A DNA stretch of 64,000 bases, taken from Octopus sinensis. Taxonomy: Eukaryota. The translations under genes and the position numbers were made by a program. Below the pieces are notes generated by a model. The model had not been told where the DNA came from. It did no database searches and saw only the letters and a list, made by a program, of their open reading frames with translations. Of this stretch, positions 52,901-64,000 are shown piece by piece (the stretch's first letter is position 1; every line of letters begins with the position of its first letter). Location of the stretch: positions 207,266,001-207,330,000 of the forward strand of contig NC_042997.1 of NCBI RefSeq assembly GCF_006345805.1, written 5' to 3'.

Positions 52901-55900
52901 AATAAGTACCAGTTGAGCACTGGGGTTGATGTAATTGACTTTGCCACTCTCCTGAAATTGCTGGCCTTGTGCCAAAATCTGAAACCAAAATTCCAGTGAT
53001 GTTTATGGTCAATAAAATAAGTACCAGTTGAGCACTGGGGTTGATGTAATTGACTTTGCCACTCTCCTGAAATTGCTGGCCTTGTGCCAAAATCTGAAAC
53101 CAAAATTCCAGTGATGTTTATGGTCAATAAAATAAGTACCAGTTGAGCACTGGGGTTGATGTAATTGACTTTGCCACTCTCCTGAAATTGCTGGCCTTGT
53201 GCCAAAATCTGAAACCAAAATTCCAGTGATGTTTATGGTCAATAAAATAAGTACCAGTTGAGCACTGGGGTTGATGTAATTGACTTTGCCACTCTCCTGA
53301 AATTGCTGGCCTTGTGCCAAAATCTGAAACCAAAATTCCAGTGATGTTTATGGTCAATAAAATAAGTACCAGTTGAGCACTGGGTTGATGTAATTGACTT
53401 TGCCACTCTCCTGAAATTGCTGGCCTTGTGCCAAAATTGAAACCAAAATTCCAGTGATGTTTATGGTCAATAAAATAAGTACCAGTTGAGCACTGGGGTT
53501 GATGTAATTGACTTTGCCACTCTCCTGAAATTGCTGGCCTTGTGCCAAAATTGAAACCAAAATTCCAGTGATGTTTATGGTCAATAAAATAAGTACCAGT
53601 TGAGCACTGGGGTTGATGTAATTGACTTAGCCACTCTCCTGAAATTGCTGGCCTTGTGCCAAAATCTGAAACCAAAATTCCAGTGATGTTTATGGTCAAT
53701 AAAATAAGCACCAGTTGAGCACTGGGGTTGATGTAATTGACTTAGCCACTCTCCTGAAATTGCTGGCCTTGTGCCAAAATTTGAAACCAAAATTCCAGTG
53801 ATGTTTATGGTCAATAAAATAAGTACCAGTTGAGCACTGGGGTTGATGTAATTGACTTAGCCACTCTCCTGAAATTGCTGGCCTTGTGCCAAAATTGAAA
53901 CCAAAATTCCAGTGATGTTTATGGTCAATAAAATAAGTACCAGTTGAGCACTGGGGTTGATGTAATTGACTTTGCCACTCTCCTGAAATTGCTGGCCTTG
54001 TGCCAAAATTGAAACCAAAATTCCAGTGATGTTTATGGTCAATAAAATAAGTACCAGTTGAGCACTGGGGTTGATGTAATTGACTTAGCCACTCTCCTGA
54101 AATTGCTGGCCTTGTGCCAAAATTGAAACCAAAATTCCAGTGATGTTTATGGTCAATAAAATAAGTACCAGTTGAGCACTGGGGTTGATGTAATTGACTT
54201 AGCCACTCTCCTGAAATTGCTGGCCTTGTGCCAAAATTTGAAACCAAAATTCCAGTGATGTTTATGGTCAATAAAATAAGTACCAGTTGAGCACTGGGGT
54301 TGATGTAATTGACTTAGCCACTCTCCTGAAATTGCTGGCCTTGTGCCAAAATTTGAAACCAAAATTCCAGTGATGTTTATGGTCAATAAAATAAGTACCA
54401 GTTGAGCACTGGGGTTGATGTAATTGACTTAGCCACTCTCCTGAAATTGCTGGCCTTGTGCCAAAATTTGAAACCAAAATTCCAGTGATGTTTATGGTCA
54501 ATAAAATAAGTACCAGTTGAGCACTGGGGTTGATGTAATTGACTTAGCCACTCTCCTGAAATTGCTGGCCTTGTGCCAAAATTTGAAACCAAAATTCCAG
54601 TGATGTTTATGGTCAATAAAATAAGTACCAGTTGAGCACTGGGGTTGATGTAATTGACTTAGCCACTCTCCTGAAATTGCTGGCCTTGTGCCAAAATTGA
54701 AACCAAAATTCCAGTGATGTTTATGGTCAATAAAATAAGTACCAGTTGAGCACTGGGGTTGATGTAATTGACTTAGCCACTCTCCTGAAATTGCTGGCCT
54801 TGTGCCAAAATTTGAAACCAAAATTCCAGTGATGTTTATGGTCAATAAAATAAGTACCAGTTGAGCACTGGGGTTGATGTAATTGACTTAGCCACTCTCC
54901 TGAAATTGCTGGCCTTGTGCCAAAATTTGAAACCAAAATTCCAGTGATGTTTATGGTCAATAAAATAAGTACCAGTTGAGCACTGGGGTTGATGTAATTG
55001 ACTTGCCACTCTCCTGAAATTGCTGGCCTTGTGCCAAAATTTGAAACCAAAATTCCAGTGATGTTTATGGTCAATAAAATAAGTACCAGTTGAGCACTGG
55101 GGTTGATGTAATTGACTTAGCCACTCTCCTGAAATTGCTGGCCTTGTGCCAAAATTTGAAACCAAAATTCCAGTGATGTTTATGGTCAATAAAATAAGTA
55201 CCAGTTGAGCACTGGGGTTGATGTAATTGACTTAGCCACTCTCCTGAAATTGCTGGCCTTGTGCCAAAATTTGAAACCAAAATTCCAGTGATGTTTATGG
55301 TCAATAAAATAAGTACCAGTTGAGCACTGGGGTTGATGTAATTGACTTAGCCACTCTCCTGAAATTGCTGGCCTTGTGCCAAAATTTGAAACCAAAATTC
55401 CAGTGATGTTTATGGTCAATAAAATAAGTACCAGTTGAGCACTGGGGTTGATGTAATTGACTTAGCCACTCTCCTGAAATTGCTGGCCTTGTGCCAAAAT
55501 TTGAAACCAAAATTCCAGTGATGTTTATGGTCAATAAAATAAGTACCAGTTGAGCACTGGGGTTGATGTAATTGACTTAGCCACTCTCCTGAAATTGCTG
55601 GCCTTGTGCCAAAATTTGAAACCAAAATTCCAGTGATGTTTATGGTCAATAAAATAAGTACCAGTTGAGCACTGGGGTTGATGTAATTGACTTAGCCACT
55701 CTCCTGAAATTGCTGGCCTTGTGCCAAAATTTGAAACCAAAATTCCAGTGATGTTTATGGTCAATAAAATAAGTACCAGTTGAGCACTGGGGTTGATGTA
55801 ATTGACTTAGCCACTCTCCTGAAATTGCTGGCCTTGTGCCAAAATTTGAAACCAAAATTCCAGTGATGTTTATGGTCAATAAAATAAGTACCAGTTGAGC

Positions 55901-58630
55901 ACTGGGGTTGATGTAATTGACTTAGCCACTCTCCTGAAATTGCTGGCCTTGTGCCAAAATTTGAAACCAAAATTCCAGTGATGTTTATGGTCAATAAAAT
56001 AAGTACCAGTTGAGCACTGGGGTTGATGTAATTGACTTAGCCACTCTCCTGAAATTGCTGGCCTTGTGCCAAAATTTGAAACCAAAATTCCAGTGATGTT
56101 TATGGTCAATAAAATAAGTACCAGTTGAGCACTGGGGTTGATGTAATTGACTTAGCCACTCTCCTGAAATTGCTGGCCTTGTGCCAAAATTTGAAACCAA
56201 AATTCCAGTGATGTTTATGGTCAATAAAATAAGTACCAGTTGAGCAATGGGGTTGATGTAATTGACTTAGCCACTCTCCTGAAATTGCTGGCCTTGTGCC
56301 AAAATTTGAAACCAAAATTCCAGTGATGTTTATGGTCAATAAAATAAGTACCAGTTGAGCACTGGGGTTGATGTAATTGACTTAGCCACTCTCCTGAAAT
56401 TGCTGGCCTTGTGCCAAAATTGGAAACCAAAATTCCAGTGATGTTTATGGTCAATAAAATAAGTACCAGTTGAGCACTGGGGTTGATATAATTGACTTAG
56501 CCACTCTCCTGAAATTGCTGGCCTTGTGCCAAATTTGAAACCAAAATTCCAGTGATGTTTATGGTCAATAAAATAAGTACCAGTTGAGCACTGGGGTTGA
56601 TGTAATTGACTTAGCCACTCTCCTGAAATTGCTGGCCTTGTGCCAAAATTTGAAACCAAAATTCCAGTGATGTTTATGGTCAATAAAATAAGTACCAGTT
56701 GAGCACTGGGGTTGATGTAATTGACTTAGCCATTCTCCTGAAATTGCTGGCCTTGTGCCAAAATTTGAAACCAAAATTCCAGTGATGTTTATGGTCAATA
56801 AAATAAGTACCAGTTGAGCACTGGGGTTGATGTAATTGACTTAGCCACTCTCCTGAAATTGCTGGCCTTGTGCCAAAATTTGAAACCAAAATTCCAGTGA
56901 TGTTTATGGTCAATAAAATAAGTACCAGTTGAGCACTGGGGTTGATGTAATTGACTTAGCCACTCTCCTGAAATTGCTGGCCTTGTGCCAAAATTTGAAA
57001 CCAAAATTCCAGTGATGTTTATGGTCAATAAAATAAGTACCAGTTGAGCACTGGGGTTGATGTAATTGACTTAGCCACTCTCCTGAAATTGCTGGCCTTG
57101 TGCCAAAATTTGAAACCAAAATTCCAGTGATGTTTATGGTCAATAAAATAAGTACCAGTTGAGCACTGGGGTTGATGTAATTGACTTAGCCACTCTCCTG
57201 AAATTGCTGGCCTTGTGCCAAAATTTGAAACCAAAATTCCAGTGATGTTTATGGTCAATAAAATAAGTACCAGTTGAGCACTGGGGTTGATGTAATTGAC
57301 TTAGCCACTCTCCTGAAATTGCTGGCCTTGTGCCAAAATTTGAAACCAAAATTCCAGTGATGTTTATGGTCAATAAAATAAGTACCAGTTGAGCACTGGG
57401 GTTGATGTAATTGACTTAGCCACTCTCCTGAAATTGCTGGCCTTGTGCCAAAATTTGAAACCAAAATTCCAGTGATGTTTATGGTCAATAAAATAAGTAC
57501 CAGTTGAGCACTGGGGTTGATGTAATTGACTTAGCCACTCTCCTGAAATTGCTGGCCTTGTGCCAAAATTTGAAACCAAAATTCCAGTGATGTTTATGGT
57601 CAATAAAATAAGTACCAGTTGAGCACTGGGGTTGATGTAATTGACTTAGCCACTCTCCTGAAATTGCTGGCCTTGTGCCAAAATTTGAAACCAAAATTCC
57701 AGTGATGTTTATGGTCAATAAAATAAGTACCAGTTGAGCACTGGGGTTGATGTAATTGACTTAGCCACTCTCCTGAAATTGCTGGCCTTGTGCCAAAATT
57801 TGAAACCAAAATTCCAGTGATGTTTATGGTCAATAAAATAAGTACCAGTTGAGCACTGGGGTTGATGTAATTGACTTAGCCACTCTCCTGAAATTGCTGG
57901 CCTTGTGCCAAAATTTGAAACCAAAATTCCAGTGATGTTTATGGTCAATAAAATAAGTACCAGTTGAGCACTGGGGTTGATGTAATTGACTTAGCCACTC
58001 TCCTGAAATTGCTGGCCTTGTGCCAAAATTTGAAACCAAAATTCCAGTGATGTTTATGGTCAATAAAATAAGTACCAGTTGAGCACTGGGGTTGATGTAA
58101 TTGACTTAGCCACTCTCCTGAAATTGCTGGCCTTGTGCCAAAATTTGAAACCAAAATTCCAGTGATGTTTATGGTCAATAAAATAAGTACCAGTTGAGCA
58201 CTGGGGTTGATGTAATTGACTTAGCCACTCTCCTGAAATTGCTGGCCTTGTGCCAAAATTTGAAACCAAAATTCCAGTGATGTTTATGGTCAATAAAATA
58301 AGTACCAGTTGAGCACTGGGGTTGATGTAATTGACTTAGCCACTCTCCTGAAATTGCTGGCCTTGTGCCAAAATTTGAAACCAAAATTCCAGTGATGTTT
58401 ATGGTCAATAAAATAAGTACCAGTTGAGCACTGGGGTTGATGTAATTGACTTAGCCACTCTCCTGAAATTGCTGGCCTTGTGCCAAAATTTGAAACCAAA
58501 ATTCCAGTGATGTTTATGGTCAATAAAATAAGTACCAGTTGAGCACTGGGGTTGATGTAATTGACTTAGCCACTCTCCTGAAATTGCTGGCCTTGTGCCA
58601 AAATTTGAAACCAAAATTCCAGTGATGTTT
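43937..58630. repeat. 115-bp SINE-derived satellite, about 128 tandem copies, two variant domains
   Basis: Monomer CCAGTGATGTTTATGGTCAATAAAATAAGTACCAGTTGAGCACTGGGGTTGATGTAATTGACTT(T/A)GCCACTCTCCTGAAATTGCTGGCCTTGTGCCAAAAT(C/T)TGAAACCAAAATT; head-to-tail with no spacers. Confidence 0.98.
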
Positions 58631-58836
58631 CTAGTATTTATTATAATTAATAGAGATAGTGTTTACTTAGTATCAGTTAAATGTTGATTATATTTTCCTG
58701 TTTGCTAATGTATTATAATAATAACATATAACTTTGTCTTCAAATACTTTTCTGTCTTTACCCACTGAACTCCCCAGCTCACCCCTAATCCCTCACCAAC
58801 GAAATGATTTTATCTTTTTACTTTTTCATAATTTAG

Positions 58837-60249
58837 TTGTGCTGGACGTTTGTAGAAGACGACATCAATTGGAAGATGTGGAGTTAGATGTTCAACCGTT
58901 CTGGGAACCATTGAAGAAAATACCATTTCAAGCCAGCAAGTCCATGACTATTTACTACCTTCCCAGTTCCATCTGACTTTCTTACAGAAAATAAATTAGT
59001 ATTTGATTCCAATTAAAGAATGGCTGAAGTAATTTGGAAAGATTCCAAGAGTAATAAACTGAAATTAAAATATTCTGAAGAAAATTTTGAAGAAATTGAA
59101 AAATGTTTGGAAGATTTATTAAATTCCATTACTGTTGAAATTATTGATGTTCCAGATGAAATTTTTGAAGACATTGTTAGAACATTTAAAAGTGAAGATG
59201 ATAAGAAGTATTTTTATTTTGATTTCCGATATCATAAAGCTCATATTTTGGGATTTGATAAAAGTAGTGTAATTAAAATGAAAAGAGACTTTTGGATAAT
59301 CTTAGAACGGAACGTGAGGATGATTAAATATTCATGAAAGACGTATTCTATCTGGTCTCGAATTTTTTGCGGATGCAGAAAGACAATTTGAAGGTCTAAA
59401 AGTCACAGTTGAAAGTAACAAAGTTATTTTTGAAGGCCAGTATTCCAAAGTAACTAATTGTCAAAAGAATATGTATAAATTCTTCGGTCAATTGTAAATA
59501 TGAATTGTGTTTGCCTTTAAATACTGGAATGATCATAAATAAAAAACCAGTGAAAGAATATCTTGATGAAAAACTGAGAAACAAGAAATGTATCGGTTCA
59601 TGGGAAACGGGTGATGGTGATTCAGTAATACTTTATGCAAGTGATAAAACACATCTTTCACTTTTGGAAGGAATCATGAAAGAAACTTTTGTTGCCAATA
59701 CACTGGATTTTGTGGACAAAATTAAGGATACTCCAAATCATGGAAAGTGGCTGGCATTTGTTGAAAGTCTAAAAGAAGAGTTTCCAGATTTCTGTTTTAT
59801 TGGAGAAAATTCTATTGTTGCTGTTGATGCTGTAGTTAATGTTATAAAAAGCAAAATTGATAACTTTAAGCAAGGAATCGATGGATTCAGGGAAAAAAAT
59901 AAATTGAAGAATGTGTTACACCTGGAAAGAACACAAGAGCAAATTAGGGGAATGGAAAGAGTTACAAGAAATTCCAGAAATGTTGAATCGTTTAAATCTC
60001 AAGAAACCCAGAAAAGTGAAGAAGGAAAGAATTTCTTATGTGAAATGCAGAAGCAATCTGAGAGCATAATATCATTAAATCTAGCTTTAGGAAGTGAAAC
60101 AGATGAAATAGTTAATGTTAAGTATAAGAACTGTGAAATAGTGTTGAAGGAAGGTGACATCACGACTCTGGACACAGATGCTATTGTTAATGCTGCAAAT
60201 GGCAGACTGGAACACAGGGGTGGGGTTGCAGCAGCCATTGTGCAGAAAG
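58837..60249 (+). pseudogene. PARP14: PARP14-like large internal exon (RRM end, KH-like region, start of macrodomain; gene B), apparently disrupted
   Basis: Polypyrimidine tract plus AG at 58835-58836, GT at 60250. Starts VLDVCRRRHQLEDVELDVQPFWE and ends CEIVLKEGDITTLDTDAIVNAANGRLEHRGGVAAAIVQKG (macrodomain GDIT/AIVNAAN/GGV). About four frame changes and a TAA at 59014 lie in the 5' half and may be assembly errors. Confidence 0.8.
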
Positions 60250-60294
60250 GTTAGTAATACCATTTTTTATAGTTAATGTTTCTTTTTAGATCCA

Positions 60295-60650
60295 AGTGTG
60301 GTTGAGAAGCTTGCTTCCTGACCTTGTGGTTTCAGGTTCAATTCCACTCACAGCATTTTGGACAAGTGTCTTCTGTTATAGGTCAATGGTTGGCCAAAGC
60401 CTTGGGAGTGGATTTCGTTGATAGAAACTGAAAGAAGCTCATCATTTATACATACATGTGTGTGTGGGGGGGGGGTGAGGAGCCAGGTGTTCATAGCACA
60501 CGATGGTTGTAAATCACCATCACACAAGTGATGTTGTGTCTTTTCCAGTCTTCCATGAAAAACATGTCTGACCATGGGGAAATATTCCCTCATTTGGAAA
60601 CATGTGACACTTGGCTACAAAAAGGACACCCAACCATGGACATTAAATTA
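60295..60650 (+). mobile_element. CORE-like tRNA SINE, degraded
   Basis: GTGTGGTTGAGAAGCTTGCTT...GGTTCAATTCCAC...TTGGACAAGTGTCTT...GAAACTGAAAGAAG. Confidence 0.65.
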
Positions 60651-61574
60651 TGGTGGTGGTGATTTCTATTTGTGTAACACTCAGAGTTTATAGATTTTGA
60701 GACACTTGATCACTGACCAGTCCCCAAAATCTGGATAATTATAAATGATTGCAGCAATGTTACATTCCATTTAAAGAAACTTATGTCTGATGCAATGCTG
60801 ATCTCTTCTTCTGTTACACTCCATTCCATATCACTCGTTTCTCTTACAGTCTAAATTCTCCATCCCTTTTCATTTCAAACCCTCCTTCACCTACAAACCA
60901 CCCACCACTTACATTCCCAGTGTCGCCCTCAACATCTACCCACCCACACACACACCTACTCTACACCGTGCGGTGAACTCATTACCCAACACCACACACC
61001 CACCAACACATTCAAACAGCATGTACACACATCCACACGTACTCACTCCTTCTCTTCCTTCGCCCACAATAGCACCCACCCACCCCTCATGCTACCCATC
61101 CGCACGCTTATAACAGCAACTATATCATAACACACCTACACTTCCCAACACCTACCACTTTCCTCACCCCTCTTATATACAGCTCATACAAACACACATT
61201 CATCTCATGCAATGATTTGCATGCTCACACACCCAGATAACAGGTTCACAGTTATCCCCCTTGCCACTTATGCCTTTAGCAACCTCTTCCTCCTCTGGTC
61301 ATTTCAGCATGCAGCGACAATCCAATTCTGATATGTTGTTTTTTTCTCTTTCATTTTATGTTTCCTTTTCTTTTCTTCTTGAAGAAGAGTGTATGTTTGA
61401 AATGTAAGAGACTTTTATATCTATTTCCCCTTTTATATCTATTTTCCTTTCTTCACCTCATCTTCATGTTATTTATAATTTTGAACTGGATATGTTGGTA
61501 TGTCTGTATGTGTGTGTATATATATCTATGTACATACATACAGGTATTATATATAATACGAATATTTTAAATGA

Positions 61575-62060
61575 TATCATCATCCTCGTCATCAATGTTT
61601 AATGTCCGTTTTCCCTGCTGGCATGGGTTGGATGGTTTTACTGAGAATTGGAGAGTCAGAAGGCTGCACCAGGCTCCAGTCTGATCTGGCAGTGTTTCTA
61701 CAGCTGGATGCCCTTCCTAACGCCAACCACTCCGAGAGTGTAGTGAGTGACCTTTACATGCCACTGGCACAGGAGCCAGTCAGGCAGGCCTGACATCGAT
61801 CACGTTCAGACAGTGCTTCTTATGTGTCACCGGCACGAGCCAGTCAAGTGGTACTGGCATGGGTGACATTCGGACGGTGCTTCTTATGTTCCACCAGCAC
61901 AAGAGCCAGTCAGTGGGTACTGGCATCAGCAATGTTTAGATAGTGCACATTACGTGCCACGAGCACGGTGCCCAGTCAAGCACTCTTCGTGTTGATCATG
62001 TTTGGATAGTACTTTTTACGTGCCACCGGCATGGAAGTCAGTCAGGGAGTACAGGCATCA
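61575..62060 (-). mobile_element. RTE-tail non-autonomous element with diverged ~60-bp repeats
   Basis: Same tail block, followed by repeated GTGCCACC/GGCAC...GGTACTGGCAT units. Confidence 0.72.
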
Positions 62061-62074
62061 GCCCCACTACAAGC

Positions 62075-62260
62075 ACAACATCTGAAATTTGGGGGAGGGA
62101 ATGAGTCGATGACATCGACCCCAGTGTTTCACTGGTACTAAATTTATCAACTCCGAAAGCATAAAAGGTAAAGTGAACCTTGGCAGAATTTAAACTCAGA
62201 ATGTAACAACAGACAAATTACTGCTAAGAATTTCATCCATCATGCTAATGATGCTGCCAG
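62075..62260 (-). mobile_element. tRNA-derived SINE (family of the satellite monomer)
   Basis: Reverse strand reads GTTGATAAATTTAGTACCAGTGAAACACTGGGGTCGATGTCATCGACT, which aligns with the monomer; B-box-like GAGTTTAAATTC. Confidence 0.75.
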
Positions 62261-62333
62261 TTTGCTGCCTTATAATATGATAACAATAATAATAATAAAT
62301 TTAAAAATATATATTTATTTATTATTATATATG

Positions 62334-63470
62334 TACTAGCAATGCATCCCGGTGTTGCCCGGGTGTTATAACCTACATCCACATTGTATTATTTGTTCCT
62401 TTCTTATGGGACTGTTATATAGTGAACTGGATTACTGGTGTAATGAAAGTTATTGTTTGTTTAAAAATAATGGTCGAGGAAGGTTACCATCTGCATGGGT
62501 TTGCATGAAAGTGCTCTCTGTTCTTAAGAAGGATCACAAACTATGTATTGTGTCATTGTATAAAAGAAGGTTAATATGATTTTGCCCTGAAATCGAGTTT
62601 TCAGAATTTTAATTCCCCCCCCCCCATCCCCACTGCACTTTCTTAATTTGTAACTTTTTTAATTTCTTTGTTTTTTTATCCTTGTAGAAAGATACAGAGA
62701 TCATGAATCTGGGAAATCTGTTGTTTTAAAGTTTAATTTTTATCTTAAACATTCAATGCCCCCTCTCTCACCTTGCCCACCCATCACCTACCCACTTTCA
62801 AAAAGCTAAAGACACCCAGTGTTTCACTTCTGTCTGATGTTTCATCCATGTGTAGAATTGTAAATGTAAAAAATATCAGACAACTACCAGAAAACCCAAC
62901 ATGCTAGAAACAACAGGTGAACAACATTAAACTTCCCTGCTTTCCAAAATGCTAAAAGTGAAACATTGGGAGGTTGTAGGTTTTTGAAAGTAGTGAGGTG
63001 ATGGGTGGATGTTTGGGAAGGAGATTTTAGTGTTTCTTTATGCAAAAAGAAAATTCTTAAAGATTCGTACTCTCTGTTTGCTTTGGCTGTGGATTACCAA
63101 ATAAAGAATTTCGAAAAAGTAAAAAATGAAGAAATTTGTGTGGGAAGGGAGAAAATTATAATACTGAGAACATATTTTTGGGTGAAAGACTAATTTCCTG
63201 TATTGAAAACTTAACAATTGGAAGAAATTTAGGAAAAAAAAAATCAGGTGGGGGTGAGAGGCACAAATGTCACCTCAGACATGCTAAAAACAACTGGTAA
63301 AGGATAGGATTTCTGGGAGAACTTCTTTTTAAATTTATATCAAGGATCAGGTTTTTAAATTCAGTCATCACAAACCCGAATTAACGAATAGAAAAAGGTG
63401 ATTTCAACTGGATTTGAGCTGTAATTTTGCGTGTGCACATAACAAGAAAAAACATAATTCATAGAGAAGT
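62334..63470 (+). mobile_element. Possible Helitron/Helentron-like non-autonomous element
   Basis: Starts TACTAGCAATGCATCCCGGTGTTGCCCGGG (ACTAG plus a CCCGG/CCGGG hairpin); the right boundary is uncertain. Confidence 0.4.
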
Positions 63471-63479
63471 GTTGCTTGG

Positions 63480-63489
63480 AGTGTGTGTG

Positions 63490-63538
<49 letters not shown>

Positions 63539-63861
63539 ATGCCAAAGGAGGTTATGGTATTCTTTTGTTTGAAGCAGGAAAGTTGTCAGTTCGATCCTAT
63601 GGTCTATCATATGGAATCATATGATTGTTAATTTCCAGAAAAAATTTTTTATTTCTTTATGCTTTGAAGAGAGGAGAAAGTGAAAAGGCAACATTTGCTT
63701 TGAAGTGGGAGCAGAAAGTGAAAGATGTATGTACATGTATGAGAAATGGATGTGTGTTTGTGTGTGCATGTGTGCATGAAAGAGTGAGTGAGTGAAGGCA
63801 TGTGTTGTCACGCATGTATTTTTTGCAGGTATGTGTAAGTGACACTCACTTGCTCTTTCTT

Positions 63862-63910
<49 letters not shown>
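63480..63910. repeat. (GT)n, (CT)n and (CA)n microsatellites
   Basis: Direct inspection. Confidence 0.9.
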
Positions 63911-64000
63911 AACATCATCTTTCATATACATGTATGTAAATACATATGCATACTTCTTTTTTGTATGTGCATGTGCATGTGAGAGTGAAAGTGGGTGACT

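Noticed and set aside
43707-58614. More than 100 repeated minus-strand ORFs (MAQGQQFQ.../MTINITG...)
   Set aside because: They are by-products of a 115-bp period (not a multiple of 3) cycling through frames; there is no domain similarity and the monomer is SINE-derived.
43937-58630. CRISPR-like array
   Set aside because: Units are head-to-tail and essentially identical, with no unique spacers and no cas genes; the context is eukaryotic.
60780-61330. C/A-rich stretch in the gene B intron
   Set aside because: Low complexity with no ORF, termini or second copy in the window, so no call could be supported.

Overview
Eukaryotic, AT-rich, repeat-saturated window of intronic and intergenic DNA. 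The SINE and LINE families look like those of octopus (inferred from memory, not searched). The only host-gene signal is macroPARP (PARP14/15-like) and lies on the + strand. It consists of two spliced PARP catalytic-domain exons at 8.1-9.06 kb and, 50 kb downstream, a 1.4 kb internal exon at 58.84-60.25 kb encoding an RRM/KH-like region and the start of a macrodomain, with several frameshifts. C-terminal exons precede N-terminal ones, which suggests tandem paralogues. The rest is mobile DNA: about seven RTE LINE copies with a PHD-like finger inside ORF2, CR1-group LINEs (one near full length with a CCCH finger, plus a near-identical inverted partner), Penelope GIY-YIG remnants, a hammerhead-like motif, a full-length mariner, a Charlie-type hAT, MITEs, tRNA-derived SINEs, a 2.5 kb CT minisatellite and many (TA)n tracts. 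After a 100-N gap, a 14.7 kb satellite of about 128 x 115 bp runs up to the second PARP exon. Its monomer is a CpG-free SINE 3' fragment plus about 16 bp of flank, and it carries a sense-strand AATAAA. Frequent 1-bp deletions suggest long-read consensus errors, so pseudogene calls are provisional. There are no prokaryotic features and no CRISPR array.
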